From contig NW_019029022.1 of assembly GCF_002105155.1 (NCBI RefSeq), positions 62,001 to 126,000 of the forward strand: a stretch of DNA of 64,000 nucleotides, in the 5' to 3' direction. How positions within the stretch are numbered: position 1 is the first letter of the stretch; each line of letters starts with the position of its first letter. This document shows positions 52,397 through 64,000 of the stretch, piece after piece. The stretch is from Lobosporangium transversale. Its lineage: Eukaryota. Position numbers and translations under genes: made by a program. The notes under the pieces are model-generated. The model was not told the origin of the DNA, searched no databases, and saw nothing but the letters and a program-made list of their open reading frames with translations.

Positions 52397-55248
52397 TTAA
52401 CCAAACAACGCTCTGAGGATCAAGTACATAGTTGATCCGACGAAGCGTACAGAGCTCAATGCAGCGACACTCCAGAAGATCATCGACAGATAAGGATGGA
52501 ACATCTCTTCGTTAGTTGGTGGCCTAGTAGCGAGGGTATCGTTTTTACCAATCCAGTCACTTGTCATTCCGATCACCAACATCGCGTTTGTGAACATCCA
52601 GGTCAAAACCAATCGAGTTCTGAACATCTTGTAGTAATCCTCTTGTTTCGTCTTCTTGTCACGCTTCTCCTTTACATAATCTGGGCGGACTGACAACTCT
52701 TGCATGTTAAGCTCATAAATTGCATCAACATCCTCTCTTGACGTGGGTTTCTCTAACTTGATGACTTCCTTGCCATCTTTGGTGACAACGGTAGCTCCTC
52801 CCAACTCTGGCGCCTTGTTATCTCCCTTAGTTCCCCACGAGACGTCGTGCGTGTTACAGAACGCATAAACCATCAAGATGTTGATATATGCGGGCAACAG
52901 GAACAAGTATGACATGAACGATGTGAACATATGCCAGGGCTCAAGATGCATCAACGACGAAACAATGTAAAGACCGTAGGTTGACAGCAACGAAATCACT
53001 GTATCACGGAAGGGGCCTCGCTCGTTCATCAAGTCAAGCATCTGACGATAGTTACCCGCAACGGGTGAAACAACCGTGTAGACTGTAGCAGCTGCGAGAT
53101 AGAGCATGAAACCCATAATGATTGCAAACAATCCTATCACAGTCAAAAAGATGATTCTTGATCCTTGTGGTCGGTTTCCGAGAGAGCAGATGAAGACAAT
53201 GATGATCGAGGCAATATACATCTCACGCATCACCTCAAAAGTGATATTTCCCCAATTTCCAAAGGGTGAAAAGTCTTTGTTCGAGTTGTTGGCAGCTGCC
53301 TTGATCAGGAAATAAAATGTCAGATAAAAGTTTGCCAGCGAGAACCAATTGAAGATCAAGTTGACGGCGTTATACAAAAATTCAATCAACAAAAATATCT
53401 TGCGGAAGAAGCCTTGTCCTGAAGTGATAATACGGGTGAAATGTGCGAGCGAATAGAAGGCTGCAAAGAATGAGCCGTTCAACCAACGACGACGTTGTGA
53501 AATGAACTCTCCGATATTATCAGGCACATCCGTTGCTGCCTTCGCAGACTTTACATACTTGAGCAACCAAGCCTCGTTCTTCTTGGCCACCAGCTCGAAA
53601 CACAAGATACGGTCCTCTGCGAGGTACATGTTGGACTCGAAAATACCAGCATCTCCAGAGGTATGCATGGTCTCTCCCTTGAAGTACGACGACAAAGGTC
53701 CTACACCAGGCGAAGAGTCCTTCAAGGCTTTGTAACGGTATGCAGAGAATGCTCCTGGCAAGACTGAAATGTATCCAAAGACAGACTCGAGAGGCTTGTC
53801 CAAGATATTTGACATCTTGTACTCAAAGTTCTGCGATGCCACCAGAGGGTTCAACAAGTTGCTACAATTGGGTCCTAAATCGGCACAAATTTCACCACAT
53901 GCACCTCCGATAGAAGAGTCACGGTCGAAGGCCTTCCACAGATGGTAGATACTAGTTCCTGAGGGCTTCGTTCCGACATCAAGGAGAATACACACATTGG
54001 GGTTAAGTTGAGGTGCAAATGCGTTGAAGAACCAACGATGGGAGTTCAACTTTTTCTTATTCTGCTCCTTGAGACAGAATAGGATCTGGACAGGGACAAT
54101 ACCACGGTCTGAGCTGCGGACCTTGAGGTCCGAGTCCACCATGACCTGAGTTGTATACTCGTAGATGTGAGCTGTGACAGGTTTCCCTGCAACTGTATCT
54201 TTGGCAATACCCTCTTGATAAGCACCCATGGCAGCCAGGACCTTGAGCACACGTGGATGACATTTCTTGCGACCGTCTGCCACAACACAGACGACTACTT
54301 TCTTCCAACCATCTTTGCCCCAGGTCTTGGACTTTGCACGTGTGCAAAGATGAGCAATGTTCTTCATGACTGAGCCCATGGTCTTGATGAACAGCTCGTC
54401 ATCTTCGTTATACATGGTCATGACAATGAAGAGCTCGGTCTGGCGACGATAGAGAGTGGGACGGAGAGTGTAACGCTCATTGAAGAAGTCGTTAGGGTCA
54501 CAGGTGGCAGCAGTGTAGCGCATAAACTCGAACTCACGCTCACCCTTGAAGTGTGCATTCTCTAGTAACTGCCGAGGAACTGGGCAATCCATGACTAGGT
54601 TGCCATCCGTCAATGGGACGTGACAAATGGACTATGAGAGCACAATAATAATAAATATGGATGTATATTAATAAATAGGGTTCGCCTTGTGGGAGTAAGA
54701 CATCCAATTATTCTTATCCCTTTTTCTTTCTTTCTTTTTTTTTTTTTTTTTTTTTTTTGAGCGTTTTCCCTTGGACAGCCAAAACATTCCAGAGCGGAAG
54801 AGCAAAAAAAAAAAAAAAAAAAAAAAGAGCCATTGGAATAGAGTCGCGTTATTTTTTTTTTATACATATTCATGAGTACAACACTTACTCTACGGTTCAT
54901 GGTCGCTTTTCTATCGAGTTTGGAGTGAGTTCTAGGTGGAGTTCCACCGGCTCTGCCTTGATTGTTTAACAAACCAGCATTGTCTCTCTCATCAATATCG
55001 AACCCAACATGGCCGATATTGCGGTTGTATCCTCCAGCGCCACCTGGACCAGGAGGACCAGAGTATCCAATGGATTGTTGAGGAGAATATCCACCATCGG
55101 CAGGTGGAGGTGCTAGACGACCTGATTTAGCCGAGCGTTGACTATTGTTCGAAAGGGCACGTTGTGGGGGACCAGCATAATAAGGCTGTTGTGGTGAGGC
55201 AGGACGTTGTGCAGGTGGATATTGGGGATTTCCGTTGTATTGGGACAT
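52397..55248 (-). CDS. Chitin synthase, division 1 (class I/II-like), intron 54632-54888
   Basis: [67 protein letters not shown]. Confidence 0.96.
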
Positions 55249-57986
55249 GGTACAATAACTGAGGGAGCAAAAAGAAGAAAAAAAAAGGACACGTTTTGAT
55301 CGTAGCGGGAGGAAATGAAAAGGAAGGATAAGGATATAAAGATAGAAGAGAGGGGGACACGATCCATGCACAAACATTAAACGTTAAACATTAAATGTAT
55401 AAAAAAAGAAACGTTAAAATCATTGGTTGCTTCACCATTGGCAAATTTTTTTTCCCTTTTTCTTCGGCATGAGAGCCATTTTTTCTGTTAGATGTAGATG
55501 TAGATGCAGATGCAATGTTAATTCAAAATGTACCTTTTTTCAGAATGACCAGAACTGTGAATCAGAAAGATGTCACGGTGTAAAGCCTTTCACACTTGAG
55601 GTCTTTACGCAAAGGTTATGCCTTCTTTAAGATAAATAAAAATAATTAAAATAAAAATAAAGCGTTAACAAAAAAAATCAAATGACGGTTGTCTAAAGTC
55701 GCAAATACAATAATGATAATGGTAAAGGCAAATGTAATAATAAAAAGTGTCGTAAGAGTCCTTACGAGTAAGAGCAGGAAGACTAAAAGGTGAGGCAAGG
55801 ATGTATAGACTACGGCAACAATGATGATAATAAAATTTTAGTTTTGAGAGGGAGAGGGTTATAATTGATGCGAGAAAAAGATTAAAAGACTAAATAACAG
55901 TGGCACAGTCAGTGCAAGGAAGGGTTCAATGATAAGTCGGAAAGAAGGAAAGGAAAGGTGAGGGAAGGGTGAGTGTGAAGACAAAAAGAAAAAAAGAAAA
56001 AAAAGAGAGAAGAAAGGAGGAATATAAGGGAATGAAGAGTGGAGTAATATAGTGAAAAAAAATAAGGTCAAGGAGCTCAAGAGAAGCGTGGACCGCAACA
56101 TGAGTTAGGACGACCCATAGTTTATTGGACTATCATTGTTCCATCTTAACCTATACCAGCTTTCTATCGTATCTGTCCTACTCTTGGGCAATGGTAAATA
56201 TTTCTTTATTCGCATACCCACAGATCAACTATGGTTTTTTAGAATCTGTCCTATTTTTTTTTCTTTTACAGCAATTGGCTGGTAGCTTTCTGAGGTATAT
56301 AAAAATACATCATCTATCCCTATCCAGCCCAGCCCAGCCATCGGCAATCTGAGCAATAACTTTTTTTTTTAACATTCTAGTCTAACGTTTTTTTTTTTTT
56401 TTTTTTTTTTTTTATAGGCTGATCCATGCACCCTGTTCTTGGGTATAAATATATATATATATTATACATGTTTAAAGAATAGGCGATATAAATATGTTTA
56501 AAGATTAGGAGAGACTGTATAAATTTAGCCCCAAATATTGAGAGCACCAAGTGGTTCTCAAATCGAGCCTAACGGGGGAGTTGGACAGTCATTTTCCAGT
56601 TAAGGTCAAAAGGACGATATATATCGTTGTTACACCATGATACTTTCAATTGAACATACTAAAATACAACTTGTATTTACAAAGATCATTCAGAGATATA
56701 GATATAGGAGAAGAGAGCTATTAATACTCCATTGAGAGATTTACATTGAAAGTCTTAGCAGTGGTTGCTCTATTGCTTCAATAGGAATAGCTATAACTCT
56801 GCTCTGGATTGCATATAATAAAAGTAAAAAAAAAAAAATACTCAAATGAATCTATAACCAGGGAATACTTTCCTTAAAGCTCAGTTTATACCGCCATGCT
56901 TGTTTGTTGATGCCCTGAATCTTACAACACAGACCCAATCACAACGCGTTATTTGCAAATCCTTTTTTAATGAAAAAAGAAACATGATCTTTCACATTCT
57001 TTATTATCACCATTTGAATAATTTCTTTTTTTTTTTAATAACAATGTCCTTCCTCTTCAAAAGCTCGGCGAGGAATACAACAAACCCATTAACAGTAAAA
57101 GATATCTAAGTAAAAGGTGTCTTTAATATCTCTAAAGGTCCATAACTCTAAACGCCATATCTGTGTAACGCGCTCTTTTCCATTTTTACTTTTTTTACAT
57201 GCACAGGGTTGATTGTATTTTTAGTACATGTACATGTACATGTACTTTAATAAAAAGCACAAGCGTAGCCTTGTGTTACTCTAATCTCGACGCTCTGACC
57301 AACACATTTGCTCTACGCGTTCTTACTATAAGCTGAAGGTAATCGGAAAGTGTGAAATACAGTATACATATGATGCTGTACTGTAAGAATGGATAGCCAA
57401 GGAAAAAGAAAAATCTTTTATTTGTATAGATTTTTTTAAACCTTAAGGGATAAAAAATGGGAGGAGAGAAAGTCCACGCAATACACCTCATTGGCATACA
57501 CACCCCCTTTTACAAGCAAAAAAATGAAACTAGGCAACAAGTCTTCTAACCAACTCTTTTTATTGTTTGTTTGTTTGTTTGTTTGTTTTTTTTTTTTTTT
57601 TTTTTTTTTGGGAACCTTGAAGCCTAATCACTTCATTTCTAATTCTGAACATTTCGTTTAAGCGATTAATATAACCGTAGTATCGAGCCTTGGTTTTAGG
57701 GAAGAGAGGGCAAGTAGATAAGAGAAAAGGATTCCTTTCACATCCACAGTTTGATTTGGTTGTTCTCTTGCTCTCTACGTTAATTCTTGCTTTGCCTTTT
57801 TTTGGGCAGATCGACACATCGATATGAAGTCGATTCAGGGGGTCAAAAAAAAAGAAGGGGAAGTAATAAAAAGTACAAGAAGCAAGCTAGCAAGCAAGAA
57901 AGAAAGGAAGGAAGGAAGAGGGATTGGTGGGGGGATAATAATAAAAAAAAATAAAAAATAAAAATAAAAAAAAAAAAGCTATTCGT

Positions 57987-59150
57987 TCATCGTCCGACAT
58001 TGCCATCGGCTTTGTGATTCCAAGTTGGCAGATCATCCCAGAACATATTACGATCCCCAAGTGTCCGCCAATGTGCGATAATCTCTTGTGCATAAAAGAT
58101 CCAGAAGTGGCCATTCCCCCGGTTTGTTTCGCATCCAGCACACGGTTGGCTCAGGTTGTAGCCGCAGACACTCCCACTAATTATTGTTATTTTTTTTTTA
58201 TTACATTGACCACCAGGTTAGCAATGCAATGGCATTTTGATTGTTTGTCTGTTAAAGCGTTCATAAAAGTTGAATATTTTAATATAAAAATGTGTACTTA
58301 CCAGCTGGCACAGGCAAAAAGATGGAATTTACAGGGACAAATAATTGACACAGGTCGGTCTGGTAGCCCCAGAACTCTGAATGGAAATAAGGTAGAGCGA
58401 AAAAAAATAAACACGTGTTTAGTCTAGGTGTCTGTCTACACATGCCTAATAAAATGGATTTTTCTTTTTCTTTTTCTATTACCCAATGGCAAGGTTTGTG
58501 GAGAATAACTTCTTGGATGGGTCACCAACGAGGTGACCTTGCATTGCTTGTTCACATAATGTTGCTTTACATGAGGAACACTCTAACCGCCAGAGTGGGT
58601 GTCTGACGACTGGAGCGTTATTAAAAGGAGGTGGTGTCGAAGACATGGATGGTTGCTGCTGCTGTTGTTGTCGGTAATTGGGATGATTCCATTGCTGATT
58701 CCCCATCGTTGGCTGGTGAGTGTAGCCAGATTGGTGACTATTGCTACTACTACTACTATCACTACTATTATTATTATTACTATTATTATTACTATTGTTA
58801 TTGTCATTAATATTGCCAAGGTATTGATGATATTGTTGCAATTGAAGTTGATGTTGGGCCATTGGGAGACTTGGTCCTCGCCTCATAGTCGGGCTGTTCA
58901 TGCTCTCTCCTTCCCACTGTGATATTCTCGCGATCGCATAGGGGCTTCCTCCATTTGATAAACTGCGATGCCTCTGTCGCGTTGGAGGCATACGATGTTG
59001 ATACTCTTGGCCCTGTTGCCGATATTGCAAACTATAACTATTAGATTGATAAGACACGGACGGAATAGAGAGCGTGGGTGGATAAGATAAATTGGTTGTA
59101 GAAATCATCTCCTCTGGAGGACAGGGTGTGCTTGAATGGGCCGATGACAT
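57987..59150 (-). CDS. FAM72-like Cys-rich zinc-binding protein with a low-complexity N-terminus, at least 3 exons (start uncertain)
   Basis: Spliced C-terminal domain LECSSCKATLCEQAM..LFSTN|..ICPCKFHLFACASC|GSVCGYNLSQPCAGC...NGHFWIFY...WDDLP matches the FAM72 pattern. Confidence 0.8.
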
Positions 59151-59258
59151 GGGTGATGGTAATATCTGTCTAACTGCTGCTACTGCAGCATTCGTATCGA
59201 GATGATTTGAAGCCCTTGTAGACTTTTTTTTTGTGGATGGACAACAATAACAGAAAAG

Positions 59259-59289
<31 letters not shown>

Positions 59290-61049
59290 AGAAAAGAAGA
59301 GAAAAGAAAAGAAAAAGAAAGAAAACAAGGGACAGAAAACAATGGTTATAGGGAGTCTTTGGTATACTAAAAAAAGAATATTAGGGATATAGCCGTAGTA
59401 TGAGTAAGGACTAAGAAAGAGTATAAAGGCAAGAGAATGGTTGGGTAGAGTATATTTATGTGTCTTTATGTGTGAATATGGATAGGAAGCGATGTTTCAC
59501 AATGGTGATGATAATAATAATGGAAGAGCAGTAGAAAAGGGCGGTTTGTACCTACAGCGGTATATTACTTGAGATATAGGATGGATCTTTTTTTTACTGC
59601 TTACAGTGGTGTGGGTGTCTTGCCACTTTTGAATTTTGACGAGTAGATTAGGAGAAGTAAGCAGACTATTTAACCTGCAAAAAAAAAAAAAAAAAAAAAA
59701 AAAAGAATACATAAAAAGCAAAAGTGGCGGCAAAAAGAATAAAGTTGTTGGAGGGAAAACCCCGATCTAGGAATATGATCTTTTTACGAGGAAAATGGTT
59801 TGGTAATAATGATATTAATGGAAAATGCGTGTCTGTGCCTGCGTGTTTGAGCCTGTGTGCCTGTGATGTGGAGAAAGAGCGCGAGAGCGAGATAACAAGC
59901 GCGAAGAGAAGAAAGGAGAAGGGGGGAAGGAGGATAAAAGATCGACAACACCACACCGGATGATCAGAATGATAGGAGAAAGAGGGGAAGAACGAGTAAG
60001 AATTAGAGACGACGCGAAATAATAGAGATGACGATGTTTCTAATTGTTTTATAGAAGTTGGGAAGGAGAGGTAAGAAATAATAAAGTATAATAAAGAGGA
60101 GATGAGGAATAAAAAAGAAGAAAAGATGCCAAATGGGAATTATCAATGACCAAATAATGACGATAAATGTGGGGTAAGTGGAACGTAGATAGCCCTCCAC
60201 AGGGCAAGATGATAATGGCGATATAACGAATAGCACTAGTTATTATACGCTTATGTGCGATAGTTTTTTTTTTTTTTTTTTTGTTAATTGTTTGGAACAG
60301 CCGCTACCTTTGTGCACTGGGATGATGAAAGAGAGAGGTCCAGATAGGCTTATGAAATGGTATAGACAAACAAATGTAATGGACCGATTGATGGATATGG
60401 GGGGGCAATTAAGGTCTAATGATGCAAAGACAAAGCAAGAAGATCAGGAAGAGGAGCAGAGGATGCGACGAAAGAGAAAGAGAGAAAGGAAATGAAAAGT
60501 AAGAGTAAAATAAAATAAAGTAAAAAATGCTTTCTAGTTTCCTCTAAACAAGACATGCATGTAGAGAATAAGTAGTATTTGCATTGTGCGAAATGCACTA
60601 GAATATATGGAAAATGAAGGCTTTGTGAATGTTAAGATTTACCTTGACGTGGTTGGATCTAACATGAGGACGATTGCTGCCATACATGAACTAATTTCTT
60701 TTTATAAACTGTGGTTTTTATTGCTGTGTACGTGCAATGAAAAGATGACATGAGATCTGTAAACAAAAAATGCAAAAAGGGGAATGACAATGTTCTATTG
60801 AAGGAAGCAAGTTTTATCTTTATCAATTATCTCTAGATTTGCAGGTGGCTTTAAGAAAATGATCCTCAACGAGTAAAAAAAAGAATATTAGACAGGCAGA
60901 TGCAGCCCGTCGGTTTATGACTAGAGCAACACAGCAATACAAGGGCCCAAAAAAAAAAAAAAAAAAAAAAAAACGTTTACTGTCTGGTGAAGGAGCATCA
61001 CTATACGCAAGTGATGTACAAGTGAATTACGTGCACAAGGAGAAACAAG

Positions 61050-61080
<31 letters not shown>

Positions 61081-61992
61081 ATAAAGGAGGCAAGGCGACA
61101 ACAGTATGCAACAGCCACATTTAAGGGATGAAAAAAAAAAAAAAAAAAAAAAATGGAGAAACAGTGAAGACAAGGTAATCAGCGGTAAGCGTCTGCTCCG
61201 ATTTCTGTAATAACATTCTATAGAAACAAGAAGTTGGACCTTGAGTTCATCTTGTCATAGCCATAATAAAAAGGTAATCATGGAAGTCTAGCAGATATCC
61301 TATTGCTTCGCCACCACGCAGTCATGCGACCACCATGCTATTGCCTCAAATGCCACACCATGCACATGAGCTTCTGGATTAGAGGCAGAGTTCAGGGACC
61401 AAAATTTATGTGGTACACGTATAAAATGGTCAAAGGGTTGAGTTAGACTAAGTATATACCATAGCCATTAAAGTTCTTCACGTCCATAAAGTGAATGTTG
61501 GTATGACCTGAGATCTATATTTTTTTATGGCCCTTTCCTCCCTTTATTTCATGATTACGCTCGCCTGCGTGGTTCTGGGGAGGCCAATGTACCATCCAGA
61601 ATAAGGAAGAGTAGTAGCGGAAGAAGGGCACAAAAGTTGTGCGATGACAAATCGACCCAGGAGAGTGTTCTGATCATCTTTTTTTTTTTTTTTTTTTTTT
61701 TAGAAAGGTGATGCATGCCCATTAAACTATTTACTGAAACCACTCATTCTAGTGTATTATAATGTGTCGACCAAAGCTGCGCATGGGATGACCTTGTCGT
61801 CTTTAGCGAATGAGGACATCATTATTCATAGGTTACAGGATTTTACGCGGCACGCGACTGTTTTTTACGTGAAAAAAGCAGTGAAAACTTTGTTTTTAGA
61901 CTTTTAATCATTTACTTTGTCTCAGATTAGACTTTCACCAGTGTTCACACTCCCGGGCGTGCACTATGGAAACGATAAATAAATTGCTATCT

Positions 61993-63818
61993 TTATGTCC
62001 TTCCATGATGGTTTACATAAATCTCAGCCAAGAACCGGCTTGTCCATTCAATGCCTTCTTTGCGATCCTCTGGAGTCGATATGGGATCAATCAAAAACCA
62101 AGCGTGGCCTCGACCTTCCTTCATCATCACCTGATGGGCAACGCCATCTTCCTTCAAACGCTCCACGAACTGTTCCATCGATGGGCGGAGGATTTCGATC
62201 CCTCCATAAAAGAGCAACATTGGTGGTAAACCCGCAAATGTCTGTGTATTTAAAGGAGAAAAATAAGGGCTTTCTATAACTTCAAGTCTGCTCTGAGAAT
62301 AGCTGTCAATGCAGGCCTCCGCGAGTTCGAGTGTAAGGACGTCAAAGAGAGTAGGAATATAAGGCTCTGAAATGAAAAGGTATGGACAAATAGTGTAGAT
62401 ACCCAGAGGTAAATCAAGCTCTCCTTTAAATTCATCCCGTACTTTGAGAGCAAGTGCGAGCGTGATATTACCACCAGCGGATTCTCCAGCTATTGTCATT
62501 TCGCATGTAATGGATGAGCAATAAGGATACTGGTCAAAAAAGTAAAAGTAATGGACAGAATAGATACAAATATTGCAGAACGATAGTCGCTCACCAAAGA
62601 CGACGCGTTTGGGATCCACACCGTATTCTTTGATCAAAGAGCGATAAGCAGCGAGAGACTCCTCTAATGCATGTGGGTAAGGTTTCTCGGGTGACAGGCC
62701 TACATGTACGTAATAGATCAAAGCAAGTTGGAATAGAGGATCAATTGTGATGAATTCATATTTGATGACCCACCAATACCATAGAATTACTGCCAAAGTA
62801 GCCAATGGCAGATCAAAGCAGTAATATAGCAGAATTAACCTTTTTTCTTCTTTTGTTTTGTAAGAATAAAAAATTACTGTAATCGAGTGAAAGGAAGCCG
62901 ATTCGGAGATTATGCTTCTCTTGAGCCTGTTTCATGACCTGCTTCATAAAGTCCAAGCACTGTAGAGGCCAGCCATCGCAAAACAAACCACCATGGGCGC
63001 AAACTACAACCAAGTCACAACCTTGACCGACCTTGATTTTTGAGATGTCAACTTTCTGGGCTTGATCTTGTCCCTGACTGTCTTTTACATGATGGACTTG
63101 ATCCTGGAATGGAATCCAATAACCTTTCCAGGTGTGGCCTTGAGGACCACGAACATCTGCCAAGCCCAACTTGGCCCAATATTGGTCTGCAGCCCAAAGA
63201 GCTTGCTCTTGAGGAGACAGCTGGTAGTTTTGAACTTTATCACCAAAGATAGCAATAGCCCACTGGTTACGGAGCTCAGGTGTACCAAGATTTTGGAGGA
63301 TATGTTGTATATACACACCAAGAGCGTATACCTTGCGTCTCTGTAGAACAGACATATGTCTGGACACTTTATTGAGAAACGCCGAAGTACAGCCTTGCTT
63401 GTATGGTAAATTTCGAGGTGCCTTGCCAATAAGGTACAACATAGAGAACTGGAGTATTCCTCCGACTAAGCAAAATCAATCAACAAATAAAATAAAATTT
63501 AAAAGAGGGATGGGCTCATGGCTTCCCCAACTTTTGTTGGCCTGAACAAAATAAAAATCACGCATCACTTACCGCCATTCAGCAAATATCGCATAAAGAG
63601 CATAGTGTCCCTAGAGTTTCAGTATTGGGGTAGAATCTATTTAGTGACGCTATATTGTGGTCGCTGGTACTGGTGAAGGAAAGGAGGGAGGAAATGGGGA
63701 TAAAGTAATTGATAATGACACGATATTATTAAAGTAAAAAAAATAAATAATAATAAAAATGGCCTTGCCGTTACTTGAGTAAGAGGTATAATGCTGGTGG
63801 CTCTGCCTGTTCAACCAT
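61993..63818 (-). CDS. Alpha/beta-hydrolase, HSL-like (abhydrolase_3 / Say1-type) esterase, multi-exon
   Basis: HGG oxyanion motif, LDY|LSPEKPYP, GESAGG nucleophile, SPLN...GLPPMLLFYGGIE and GHAW. Small 5' exons from ATG 63818 splice in frame. Confidence 0.88.
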
Positions 63819-64000
63819 GGTCTTATCAAATAGGTTTAGAAAAAAGAGTGAATGAGTGAAAGAGAAATATAAGGAAAAAAGTGAGCACAGGGAATGAGGT
63901 GAGAATAGGGTCCATAATAAGATAATAACCTTTTTTATGTCAACATGCAAGTCCTATGCGTCTCGCATAGAAGAGGCGCCGGAAATGACTGACACTGTTT

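Overview
This is an AT-rich, intron-containing fungal window with very long poly(A)/poly(T) tracts. Gene style and content suggest an early-diverging fungus such as Mortierellaceae/Mucoromycota (inference). Host genes, left to right: COG5 (5' part), MDM31/32, UTP23, two tandem secreted PA/Fn3-domain subtilisins, a C2H2 zinc-finger gene, a U5 snRNA gene, a CaMKK-like kinase, SEC13, mitochondrial uL5m, YJU2/CCDC94, mitochondrial LeuRS, a division-1 chitin synthase, a FAM72-like gene and an HSL-type alpha/beta hydrolase. The accessory block at 21.3-30.6 kb holds an internally deleted Helitron and an intact, very young chromodomain-bearing Ty3/Gypsy LTR retrotransposon (identical 170-bp LTRs, TATTG target-site duplication, single 1691-aa gag-pol ORF). 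This element is the most unusual thing here. It has no tRNA primer-binding site; instead the PBS position reads TTTTTTCAAGGA, the exact complement of the element's own predicted polyadenylated 3' end, suggesting poly(A)-junction self-priming. It also carries an extra antisense ORF of unknown function between pol and the 3' LTR. A decayed multi-exon locus with degenerate repeat arrays lies at about 44.9-47.2 kb.
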